A DNA stretch of 64,000 bases from Selaginella moellendorffii (taxonomy: Eukaryota; Plantae; Lycopodiophyta), in the NCBI RefSeq assembly GCF_000143415.4, contig NW_003314331.1, forward strand, positions 622,164 through 686,163, given 5' to 3'. The translations under genes were made by a program, and so were the position numbers. Positions 1 through 11,330 of the stretch are shown one piece after another. Below the pieces are notes generated by a model. The model saw only the letters and a list, made by a program, of their open reading frames with translations. It had not been told where the DNA came from and did no database searches. Numbering within the stretch: position 1 is the first letter of the stretch; the number at the start of each line of letters is the position of its first letter.

Positions 1-36
1 AGAACTTGGGCGATCGAACAAACGAAGTAGAAGATC

Positions 37-483
37 ATGGCTCGACGGAGGAAGAGCCGGAGCCGGAGCCGGGGTGGCAAGAAAGTCCGCGTGCCAAAGA
101 TGAAACTCGCGGTGCGCGATGCTCTGGCGTCGCTCAAAGCCAAGAGAGGTGTCACAGCTGCGGCGGTGGCCCGGAAGATCAAGAAGAAGTATGGAAACGA
201 TCTCCCCAAGCGCTTCCAGGCCCAGGTGGGGCGATCGCTGCGCGGGCTGGTCCGAGCGGGGCGGCTGGAGCGTGTGCGCGGCCGCTTTGCGGTGGCCACT
301 GGCAAGAGTGGACGAGGCGGGCGACGTAAAAGAGGTGGACGGTCGAGATCGAGATCGACGTCGCGGAAGGGCGGGCGGCGCCGCCGCCGTCGCCGCCGCC
401 GCCGCCGGGGTGGACGGCGATCGCGATCGCGGTCGCGGTCGAGGAAGGGCGGGCGGCGCCGCCGGCGTCGCAGACGCCACTAG
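37..483 (+). CDS. Arginine-rich protamine-like (PL-type) sperm nuclear basic protein derived from linker histone H1
   Basis: Intronless 148-aa ORF, about one third Arg. N-terminus MARRRKSRSRSR. Central segment (PKMKLAVRDALASLKAKRGVTAAAVARKIKKKY...LRGLVRAGRLERVRGRF) fits the H1/H5 winged-helix pattern. C-tail has two GGR-SRSRS-RKGG-R8-11 repeats. Confidence 0.85.
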   Translation: MARRRKSRSRSRGGKKVRVPKMKLAVRDALASLKAKRGVTAAAVARKIKKKYGNDLPKRFQAQVGRSLRGLVRAGRLERVRGRFAVATGKSGRGGRRKRGGRSRSRSTSRKGGRRRRRRRRRRRGGRRSRSRSRSRKGGRRRRRRRRH

Positions 484-2797
484 AAAATGGTGCGGGCGCA
501 TATTCCTTTGACTCGTTGGTTATTTTTGTGGTTCTTTTACGTGTTTGTGGAGGTTTTTGGTGCAGGAATCAGAGACGCATTCGATGATGAGATCCATGAC
601 ACGAACATCCTTTAATTTTTTCGAAAATGCCACTACTGTGTTCTTTTGACGAATAAAATTTTGAGATTAGATCCGACCTCGAGCTTCTTCCTAATTTCTT
701 CTTTAACTCCTCCGACTTTTTTTTTATCCACGCCCGCCCCATCCGTTTGGAAGTTCCGCTCTAAATTCAGCAACGAATTCATTAGTTTTCGCCTTGCATT
801 GCAGCAAGAAAGGGAAGCAAATCATCGGAGAGGCGGGGCTTTTCGAGCGAAGTAGGTCGTCTCGCGAGCCGACTCTGCGCACTAGACAATTACACACAGT
901 GTTTCGAATTAGAGTTTTCATGAAGAACTTGCAAACTTTGGACTGGGCTGGTGCTTGAAAGGAAAAAAGTAGAAAGAAAGATTGTGATTTCAATGGACCT
1001 CATGTCGTCCAGTGTCTGCTGGCATTTCAGGTAATGAAAAGACGACGTTTAACTTTGAAGCAGCGAACTCTATCTACGACTATGTTCCAGCGCTTCTACT
1101 ACAGATCCCACTTCATTGCGACCAAAAAAGTGGCAGCGTCCAAGGACTGGTATCCAGGGATGAGTTCACAAGCACGGAAAGACTTGAAATTGTAACCCAT
1201 CATCTGGTAAGAAGCTGCAAGGATGATCCCTCTGCGACTAAGGCGTCTGCTGTGGTTAAATTGGAGTTTCGAACGTCCAAGGAGAGTACTGGTAGTCTGG
1301 GCGCCCACTCCCCGGCCTCCACACCAGATCCGATCTGGCTCATTTGGTTCGTATGAATACTGGACGGCGTGCTTGAACGACGTCTCTGGGTACATTCTGG
1401 AAAACTTTTCATGGTGAGGCTTATTGCATTGATTCAAGAATTGTTTTAATAACTGGGAAGGAAATTTTGACCTCGTTAAAGTGGATTGTAGAATTATAAA
1501 TTTTTATTAGAGATTATTATCTAAAATAAAATGTACTTTTTATAATAGTAAGATAGAATTGGCTGAAGTAAGAACAGTATAAAAAATAGTTGTGTTTATA
1601 CAGAATTTATAATAACTGCAAGCAAGGTGCTTTAAGTTTTTATGGAAGTAAAATTGCATTTTATGGTATATTTGGTAGTAAATACAAAAATATTTTTCTG
1701 TTATATAGTTTTTTGGGGGTTTAAATATAAATGTAATATAATAAGAATACAGTCAATTTAACCTATTAAAACTCAGTATATAGTATTTAGAAATATTACT
1801 TGATAGGCTGATATAACATTTGAAGTTTTGCTTAATTTTCAAACATTTCAGAGTGATTTTTTCTAAATGTAATGTTCTATTTATTCTTTTATAATTATAT
1901 ATAAATATATTCTTAAACAGCTCAGTTCTATGCAAGTTGATGAGATCCCTTAAAATATTAACCATCCAATTAATAGGAAGCTAGAACTTCTTACATCTTA
2001 AGAATTTAATGAACCATTCTACTTTCTAAGATTTCCTCACCAATCAAATTAATCTAATGCTTTGTGATCCTTTTTATAAAGTCATTTTCTTTGTAATAAT
2101 CAAATGTGCATATTTATTATCAAAATATATTGAACAATAACCAGCTGTTTCTTGATTAAAATGCAAAACTTACGTATCTTTTTGTTATGTGTGTGTACTT
2201 TATTACTTCATATTAAAGCATCTATTTAATTCTATGTAGGCCAGAATAGACGGATTCTTTGTTAGTCTCTATATATAACTTAAATTACAAAAGCACATTT
2301 TAAATATATACTCTGAATATCTATTAATATTGCTGCACGGATTCTTTTGTACTCTTTCTCTTCCTTCCTCTCTCCAGCTTCCCTCCACTTGCTCGGCTTG
2401 TTTGTTCAGGGAGCATTTCCTCCCTTCTCATCTCTCTTTTGCTGAATTGGAGAGTTCTTATGGGACAAATCCTGACCCTTATCTTACTTAAGAATATGCG
2501 TGGTATAAAGGTTAGCGTTTGAGGGTTGCATCAGTGAGATCGATTCGATTGATTCTCCCGCCTGCCAGGTAATCGATCGCCAAGCTCGGTCGCTCATGGA
2601 AACCTAATTATTTGTGCCGCCCAGACTGTGGTCGCGCATCGGAGCTACATCTTGTTCCAAAGCTCTTCTCAAGGCCCTCTTTGATTGCATTGCTTCGTTC
2701 CTCCAGATAAGGGATTAAACGTATCTTAAACGTATCTTTTCAATACAGTAGGGACAAGAACAGCTACCTGTGGGTTCTAGACATTTCCTTTTTGAGG

Positions 2798-3677
2798 ATG
2801 AAGGCTTACGACGGCAGCAGTAGCAACGGGCAGCACAAGAAGGCCTACGGCGGCAGCAGCAACGGGCAACACAATGTGTTCACAAAGGAAAAGCCCAAGG
2901 AGGTGGACATTTTTGCAATCGAGAACCCTGCTGAACGCAGGCGAGCAAGGTAAGCAAGACTGAGTTTGATCTTTACTTGCTTTTGTTTGTAACAGGTACG
3001 AGATCATAGGAACTCATCGTCCGGGTGAGGAGGAGGGCTTACTCGTCGACCAATGCAGAAGATGTAAGCAGAGAGGCCATTGGGAAAGACACTGCAAGGG
3101 GGTAAGAAAGCTCACTTATTTCCCAGATTTGACTTTTTGTTTCTTCTTTTAGCCTGGAGTGGATCCTTTTGCTCATGAACAAAAGAAATGCTACCTCTGC
3201 CTAATGAAGGGACACGATACTTATCAATGTTCAAGAGATCCCCTGCGAAATGAGGACTGGGCAGAGAGGACTTACACTGGACCAATGAAGAGACTTCGTC
3301 TTCAGGTTTGTATCAGTTTCTATTCTCTGTTTCTTTGTATGTTTATTTGTGTACGTTTTCAGGTGGGTTATATCGTTCAGGTAGCAGACTTCCCGCAATA
3401 CCATCCTCGTTTCTGCGTCCAACGGATTGAATACGAACACCTCAAACGGATCTGCAAAAAACATCCAGACTTGGGAATCATGGTTGTGCCTGAGCCACCC
3501 TGTCCTCTTGCGGCCCTTATCTGGGAATATTTTCAGCGACTGGATGAAGTTTTATACGAAGCAGGCCTAGGCTTCGAGTTTTACAGATCCGATGAAGAAG
3601 TGCCTCCAGGGTATGACCGGTATGCGGCTGCAGAAGAAGCATATATTGAAGAATTGAAAAATGAAGCGAAGCATTGA
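2798..3677 (+). CDS. Uncharacterised double CCHC zinc-knuckle protein, copy ZK1 (4 exons: 2798-2949, 2996-3101, 3153-3305, 3363-3677)
   Basis: GT-AG introns join into one open frame: MKAYDGSSSNGQH repeats, CRRCKQRGHWERHC, CYLCLMKGHDTYQC, then a C-terminal domain ending EELKNEAKH*. Structure conserved in five other copies. Confidence 0.8.
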
Positions 3678-3879
3678 AAGGTGATGTGTTTTAATAAAGT
3701 AATAGAATAAGTATTATAGATGAGAAGACCTTTATAAGTTATTTTTCGTTTTCATTGATGGGATACTTTTCGCATTAATTAAAACTAGCTAATGTTTATG
3801 TTTAAAACTAGTTTAACGCCTAGAGAGATTCTTTCTGGGAGAGTGAAGAACTCCTCCTTCCCGCTCAAGCGTTTTAGGG

Positions 3880-6359
3880 TTCGCATTGGCGCTGCGGAGC
3901 TGGAAGCGGCGGGCGCTGGATCGTCCCCACAAGAGGCAAGACTGCATTTTGCGAGAAATTTCTGGCCTGAATCTTGGCGTTGTTGGCAGTAGAATCGCCG
4001 AAATCTTTGCTCGCCGCTTCCCTGGTAGAAATCTGGTGCTTTTGTGTCTGTGCCTAGGCAGCGCAGCGATCCATGGGCCTACGCTTTCATCGAGCTGGAG
4101 AGGTCGCAACGCGGTGCTGGTACTCACGAACCGCCGCCGCCGGATGAGGCGTTGGTGCCTGAAACGAAGCTGGTGTTGCGCCATCATTCCAGCCGCGGTC
4201 CAAAGCTTTGCTACCTCGACAAGGCCGCGGACATTGGTCGCTTGAGGAGCTGCGACGCAGTAGAGGGTATCCTAAAGACGATGAGGGAGCAGCACGAAAG
4301 CATTCAGAGGAGGAACAACAAAGTTAAGAACTTTTCACTACACCAGTGGGACAAAGTCCAGCAGGAGCTGCAAGAATCGATCGTTCACTGGAAGCTGCTA
4401 CAGGGACTCGCCTCGACGTTTACATCCTTCATCCTTCAAAATATACGAGCTAATCAGGTACCAACCACAAGCTTTTTTGTTATCTTGGTTTCATCGCATT
4501 AAACTATGAACACTGCTACAGGTCACTGTGCTGATTGGTGAGACTGGCTCTGGGAAGAGCACTGGACTCATGCAGTATTTATGTGATGGTGGTTTATCGA
4601 GCAACGGGAAGTTCCATCGTTTGTACACAGCCTAGGAAAGTAGCAGCATTTGCTCTTGCACGACGGGTTGCCGAAGGATGCCGCTGAGAAGACGAATTCC
4701 ATTGGCCTCTTGGAATACAGGGCTCAACAAGACCTTGCCAAAATGGTACGGATTTACTCCTAGCAGTGCTGAAGGAATGTTTACGCGCACTTGAGAGTCA
4801 TCGTCATGTCAGCTACAGCCGATGCCGAGCTTTTCGTTCTTGGAAGGAATTTCCCGGTTGAGATCCACTACGAACAGCGTGAGACTTCAACCACGTAACA
4901 AGGACAATGGAAAGAGTTTGCGAGCTTCACAAGGAGGCCGATTGAGGGAGATATATTGGCTTTCCTCACGGATATCGAATGGGTCTGCCAGTGATTGGCA
5001 AATACGCCGCGTGCACTTGTGCTGCCTCTTCATGGAAGGCTTCGTCAAGAGGATCAGCAACTGGTATTCGAGGCAGCACCACCTGGTACGGGAAAGATGG
5101 TCTTTGCAACAAATATCGCCGAGACGTCTTTGACGATGCCAGGAATCAGGTACTTCAAAGTTCTTTTACGATAATCTTCCTTGAAGCATGTAGCTGATAC
5201 TCGCTTTCTCGGCTTCTAGGTACGTGGTGGATCCAGGATTGTCAAAGCAAGCCATCTTTGATCACAGACTGGGATGACAACGCTGGAGCTTACGGCAATC
5301 AGTCAAAGCCGCGACTCAAAGAGCTGGTCGTGCAGGGCGCATTAGTTCTGGTGTCTGCTACAGATTGTACAGCGATGAAGACTTTGACGACAATGCTCTG
5401 GTGGGGACTTCGGAAATTTCCCGTTCTCACATGGGGATTATCAAGCTCCTGGCACTAGGCGGATGATGAAGTGAAGAACTGGAGGCTCACGAAAAACTGG
5501 CCAAGATAGGAGTGGAGCCACGGCTAGGCAAGATCATCCTCGACAGCCAGGCTCACTGTTGTGGTCGAGAAGTCAGTACCCTGTGATGACCATCTTCTTC
5601 CGAGCCGGCTCTGAAGAAGCAAGCTCCTGGCAGACCGCCGGAAGATGCGCTGCTGTCATCGGCATGGAGACCTGTTCAGCCTCTTGGACGTGTACCGGGA
5701 ATGGAGCAGCAAGCTCGGCTGATAGCGACAACGAAATGAAGAAGCGCAGATAACACAGTTGACTTTGAAGGTATGCTACTACTCTTCATTCATGTTCCAG
5801 TAGGAAACCACTTTGTGAAGGTATCTCCCAAGGCGTATGGTACGAAGCGAATCGAGATCTCGTCCTGGAGCTTGCAAAGGCAGCTCTAGATAAACTGGTG
5901 GAAGGCGCTCCTTTTGAAGACGGCCTGCTGGACGAAGCTGCAATGAATGCAACCAGAAGGAGCGACAGATCTCACTGACGTCCACTTGGGATGATGAGAG
6001 TTCTGGTTGGAAAATCCGGGGTCGACTTAGCCGGGCTGGAAAAATCAGTGGGAGCTCCAGTGGCATTCCTTGTACGTACATGGGGACGAGGAATGCGTGG
6101 AGAAAGCAAAGCAGGAAGCAGCGTCCTGGAAGAACGAAGCAACCCAGCAGTGGCAGCGATCGTCAACGAGTGCAAGCTCAGGCTGTCAGGAGGTGTTCCT
6201 CGCCGTCGACTTCGCGGCCTTTCAGCAAATGGACGAGCTGTGCAAAGCTTCCGTGGGAGTTTGCGTGGCCACGAGCGGGGGAGCCACAGGTCCGGACTGC
6301 GAAAGCTCATCAGCGATCTTTGTCTAGAGAGCTTACTAGAGATTGAAGCAAAAAGATAA
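3880..6359 (+). pseudogene. Pseudogene copy H1 of an RRM-DEAH-box helicase-RING/IBR gene (DEAH11/DEAH12-like)
   Basis: Frameshifted fragments: RNP1-like AYAFIELE, Walker [47 protein letters not shown]2-like EPRLGKIILD, C-terminal RING-like remnant. Introns retained; many deletions. Confidence 0.85.
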
Positions 6360-6413
6360 GTAGTTTGCTATATATAGCATTAGGTTTACTCAGCCCTCTT
6401 CAGCGACGACACA

Positions 6414-7130
6414 ATGGAGGAGGCTGCTTTGGAGTTGCTGCGGTTCTACGTTTCTCACTTCGATCTTCCCACAGTGAGAATAGCTCCTGTAAAGAAGCAA
6501 AACGCACGCAGGCAGGAGTTCATAAAATGGCATTCTAGTGCCCAATCTTTTCGTTTGATGGGCCTTCTCCCCAAGGAGGAACTTCCTCCTGATTTGCGAC
6601 GCTTTGGGTTTGATACTTCTCCGGAGGCTCCACCGCCCACAAGGGCACCACGCCCTGTGGCGCCTACTTGCTGGGGTCGTTCACGACCCGAGTACGAGCG
6701 CCTCAAGGCTGCATATGACACAAGAGTGCAAGCGATGGAAGACATGTATCGTGCGGCAAGGGATGCCTGGGATGTTCAACACCGAAATAGAGTCCGCCAG
6801 CAAGCTGTTGTTTCAAGGTTCAGGGCTCTTATTGAGAGCCACAGAGGGGCACCTCAGTTGCACGTGCTAGGTGCTTCTTTCCAACATAGTGGCAAGGTGG
6901 AGACTCGTTTTGATGGTCTCTATGTGGTTGTGGATGGTGGGGAAAGGTTCCTCTGTCTTACTCCAGAAGAGATCTTCCCTAGTGGTGTGCAGGAGATCCC
7001 TTTGTTTGGGATATGCAGGATTGGCGACATTAATCATGAATTTTACTCCTGGGTTATGTCGAAATTCGAGGTAGGTCATGTGGTGAAGTATCCGGATTAC
7101 ATACGAGAGTACCCACACGGCATACCATAA
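6414..7130 (+). CDS. Orphan intronless 238-aa ORF of unknown function
   Basis: ATG-to-stop ORF with protein-like composition (Pro-rich linker, helical/coiled segment). Two decayed paralogues at 16229-17000. No recognisable domain. Confidence 0.5.
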   Translation: MEEAALELLRFYVSHFDLPTVRIAPVKKQNARRQEFIKWHSSAQSFRLMGLLPKEELPPDLRRFGFDTSPEAPPPTRAPRPVAPTCWGRSRPEYERLKAAYDTRVQAMEDMYRAARDAWDVQHRNRVRQQAVVSRFRALIESHRGAPQLHVLGASFQHSGKVETRFDGLYVVVDGGERFLCLTPEEIFPSGVQEIPLFGICRIGDINHEFYSWVMSKFEVGHVVKYPDYIREYPHGIP

Positions 7131-7499
7131 ATGCTCCCTCTCTACTGTCAACTGTAAATTGTTCTGTGGTAATAAAAGTATAATAAAGCTAATGTTTCAA
7201 TATAAAATGTAAACAGTAAAGAATAATGTGTCCATTTTAGTTGATAGAAAATTGCTATATCACTTTCTTGCCCAAGAGAAATCTGAAATGAGCAATCAAG
7301 CACATAGAGGAATGGAACTGGCTTGCGTGTGTGTGATAGTGTGTGCCACACTTGGCACGCACACGCTGGACGAAATGGGAGACAAAGACCTCCTCCTAGA
7401 GCTCTCCATAAAGAAATTCTGTCTTCACATCGAGCTAGTGAGCTACTTGTCCTAATGTGCATTTGAAGTCTGAGAATCGCATGGACACAAATATTTTGC

Positions 7500-7730
7500 A
7501 GCAGTAGCTGAACTCTGTCAAGCAGGCTCTTCTCCATAGGCAAAACAATGGCGTGCAGCTATGGAGGAGGAGTACCATTCGCAGCAGGCAGGAAGGAGGG
7601 TGGTCAGCACGAATGCTGTTCAGGCTCAAGCTTGATGCTGCTGAGGTGCTGCGCTACAAAGATTGCTTTGTAGCAAGAGGACTTTCCCAGGTGGCAGGAG
7701 TTGATTTCTCATAAACATTTCCTCTAGGTG
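7500..7730 (+). mobile_element. Ty1/copia reverse transcriptase N-terminal fragment
   Basis: Translates across frames as KQWRAAMEEEYHS...LFRLKLDAAEVLRYKDCFVARGLSQVAGVDFS*TF, the typical copia RT motif (YKARLVARGFxQxxGVDYxETF). Confidence 0.75.
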
Positions 7731-8850
7731 CATTTTGGAAAACTTGTCATGGTGAGGCTTACAATCTCCAATCTTCCACTGTGCATTAGATCTAATAAGT
7801 GGAAAGGAGATTTTGACCTAGTTCATCAGCATAAAGTAAATTAGAGGGATTGTTATAAATGTTTATTAGAGATTACTATTAAAAAGAAAATGTATTTTTT
7901 TATACTAGTAAGGATAATTTGCTACGGGTTGCATGTAACAACGCTTGGTTTGCTTAATAGTAGTATCATTCCTACTTATTAATCCAATTGATCAAATAAA
8001 AAATTAGAATTATAAAAATATTTATAATTTATAAATACATGCTATCAACCATTAGATGGTAGAATAAAAAAGAATATACTAGAAAGCGTTTAAGAAAGTT
8101 TATAAATTATAAACATGGTTATAAATCATAAATACAAGATTAATCTAAATAAATAACAACCATTGGATGGTAAAATATCCTAGAATATCCAAGAATATTT
8201 TAAATATATCCACTACCATCCCAGTCCCTTTACAGGTTTGCTTAAGCAAACCAAAAAATAGTTATGTTTACAAAATTTAATAGTAACTGCAACCAAGGTG
8301 ATTTAAGTTTTTATGGAGGCAAAATTGCATTTATGGTATATTGGGTAGTAAATACAGAAATAGTTTTTCTGATATATAGCTTTTTTGGGTTTAAAATTTA
8401 AATGTAATACAATATGAATGCAGTCACTTTAAGCTATAAAAAGTCACTGTATAATATTTAGAAATATTACTTGATAGGTTGATATAACATTTGAAGTTGT
8501 TCTTAATTCTCAAACATTTCAGAGTGATTTTATCTAAATCTAAAGTTCCATTTGCTATTTTATAATTATGTATAAATATTTTCTTAAACAGCTCGATTCT
8601 ATGTAGGTCGTTGATTAGATGCCTTCAAATATTGACCATCCAATTAATAACATATTTCCTAACCACAGAACAAAAAATAGAGCGTTATTGTATTGGAATG
8701 CCAAACTGGGAATAGATATGGAGCATTATAAAAGTAAAATAAAATATAAAAACATTATTTCTATGCATGTATTAATTTATATAAAGCATTTTAAAGGTCT
8801 AGTTAAACTATAGTCAATATTTATAAATGTTTTAATTAGAAAAATTATAA

Positions 8851-8853
<3 letters not shown>

Positions 8854-8935
<82 letters not shown>

Positions 8936-8950
8936 TGTATATGTATATAT
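8854..8950. repeat. (TA)n/(TATG)n microsatellite
   Basis: Directly visible. Confidence 0.95.
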
Positions 8951-8959
8951 TCTATTTTG

Positions 8960-9900
8960 TTGTTTACTTCTTAGCAAATTGGGCCCAAACTGTCTGGAAG
9001 GGGTATAGTCCTTATAAAACTTAAATACAACAAACCATAATTGCTGCAAAGCAGTATAATTTTTTAAATATAAAAGTCCAACTTTTAATGATATATATCT
9101 TAAAGCTATAAAGAAATATAAATATGATTTTTATTTTAGATTCCCATGTCTAACACCAAGTTTGTACATACTCTTTGTTCCACCTATGTCTTCATCTCGT
9201 GAATTTCCTCAGCTCTTCTAATATCTAAGGATTTCATAATTGCAAAATGTATTAGGCAATAAAAAACAACTGTATCAATCTCCTTTCAGCATTCTCCCAC
9301 CCTTTCTTATATATGATAGAACTAATTCTCAAATATAACAATTCTAGTATATATATTAGTATAGATATGAATTGTATATGATACCTTTATTAATGTATTT
9401 GCTATCTGATGTGTCAATATCATTTACCACAACTCTAACCACTTTTTGTAGAAATGTTTCAATTTATTAGTTGGAGTTTTATCCTCAACTATTTGGAACA
9501 ATCATAATGTCAAAGTCGAACTTCTTAAGATATATATAAAGGAAGAATAAATCATCCATTTTTGTAGGCTAAAAATGCTAGCCTTTAAGAAACTTTCTTC
9601 TCTTGTCTTTGATAATATTTGTTCTTCTGTGGAATGTAGCACCTTTGTGATATTAATGATGTAAATTGTTAGGCAGAAATGTTACCACAGCAATCTTTAC
9701 ATGAGTGTAAACACCAGCAATATATATATATACACATCATTGAATTCTACATTGTCTACACATGGACCTATATATAGGTTGAAAGCATCAATATGTTTTG
9801 CAATTAGGAAAAAATGTATGTTTTAGAAATAAATATGCTTAGTAAAATGGATTTATGTTCCTCTATAATGTTCCATTTAACTTTTCTACCCGGTCAAACT
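8960..9900 (-). mobile_element. Highly decayed retroelement remnant, probably Ty3/gypsy 3' region
   Basis: AT-rich with no ORF. Minus strand retains YIGP-like (9765-9780) and YVQTW-like (9145-9175) motifs resembling post-integrase/chromodomain segments. Confidence 0.35.
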
Positions 9901-10580
9901 CTAGTTGACTGTTTATTTTAGTTTATTGGTCTTTTAGCATAAATATTGCATTGAGAAGACAAAAAACAAAAACTCAAAAGGAATCAATTGTAAATTACAA
10001 GTAAACGTATCAGTCTATAGGTAAAATTCAAAAATAATATGCATTACTTTTTCTAAAAGCCAGATAATAATTCTGTGTGTGTATTTTACTATTCATTCTA
10101 ATTTTTTTTATAAAATTAAAACATCTATTTAATTTTATTTAGACCAGCATAGACTCTATATGTAACTTAAACCACAATAGCATATTTTAAATATATACTC
10201 TGAATATCTACGAATATTGCTGCTGGATTGTGGATAAAATAAACCTTTAAGTGGATTCTTTTGTACTCTTTCTCTTCCCTCCACTTGCTTGGCTAGTTTG
10301 TTCGGGGAGCATTTACTCCCTTCTCATCTCTCTTAAGATTACTATCGTTGCTGGGACAAATCCTGGCCGTTCGTTCGATATGCAACTTCAGAATATGCTT
10401 GGTATAAAGTTAAAAATTTGTGTTATAAGAATATAAAAATTTAAGCATACGTGTGTGTCATTTACTCAGTTTTTTAAAAAGTAAATTGAAACTATAACTT
10501 AATTATCATCCAAAAATTATTCATCTCTAAGTTTTGTAAATACATGTGTATATATATATGTATTACCCTGCCTAGATTAT

Positions 10581-10680
10581 NNNNNNNNNNNNNNNNNNNN
10601 NNNNNNNNNNNNNNNNNNNNNNNNNNNNNNNNNNNNNNNNNNNNNNNNNNNNNNNNNNNNNNNNNNNNNNNNNNNNNNNN
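10581..10680. other. Assembly gap (100 N)
   Basis: Run of n. Confidence 1.
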
Positions 10681-11330
10681 ATTTATGAACCATCCATAGT
10701 AGACCTTGAAAAGAGTACTTGTTGTAGGTTACCTAACAATGACCCACTAATATGTGTTTTGCTATAAAAGTTTATTCACAGGCTAAATTACGGATGTTGC
10801 GGATTATTTAATTGTTTCACGAACTCATATTAAAATTTATGTGGGTTGTGTAATTTTTAAATACATAAAGACAAACATATATTATGTGTGTGTAAAAATT
10901 AAGTAAGGTGCATAAATGGTAATTTTAGCCGTTGGATCTACCTTCTATGCTGGGACAAATCCTGGCCGTTCCTTTGTAATGCAACCTAAGAATATGCTTG
11001 GTATAAAGGTTAGCGTTTGAGGGTTTCACCAGAAAAGTAAGGTAATCTCGAGATCGATTGCATCCTCCAGGTATCGCCCAGCCGATCGATTCTATCGATC
11101 GCCATGGGGTGGAAGCTCGGTCGCTCATGGAAACCTAATTATTTGTGCCGCCCAGGCTGTGATCGCGCATCGGAGCTACATCTTGTTCAAAGCTCTCCTC
11201 TCCGCCGTAGGCCCTCTTTGATTGCATTGCTTAGGTAAGGGATCTTCGATAAACAGGATGAATTAAAGCTCGCATCTTTTCAAGAACAGGGTATAGCTAC
11301 CTGTGGGCTCTGGAGATTTCCTTTTTGAGG

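Larger units (their letters stand above)
1395..7730 (+). repeat. Tandem segmental duplication, unit 1 (AT-rich flank + zinc-knuckle gene + helicase pseudogene + orphan ORF)
   Basis: 1395-1970 matches 7735-8650 (GGAAAACTT(T/G)TCATGGTGAGGCTTA onward); 2180-2530 matches 10070-10410/10950-11030; the genes are repeated in unit 2. Boundaries approximate. Confidence 0.75.

Noticed and set aside
1012-1437. Overlapping short ORFs
   Set aside because: Non-ATG starts, no domain and no convincing gene structure.
2798-3677. ZK as the gag gene of an LTR retrotransposon
   Set aside because: Three spliceosomal introns, no protease/pol downstream, and no LTRs or PBS flanking any copy. Remote gag ancestry is not excluded.
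7066-7130. Similarity of the orphan ORF end (VGHVVKYPDY) to ZK exon 4 start (VGYIVQVADF)
   Set aside because: Too short and weak to support homology without a profile search.
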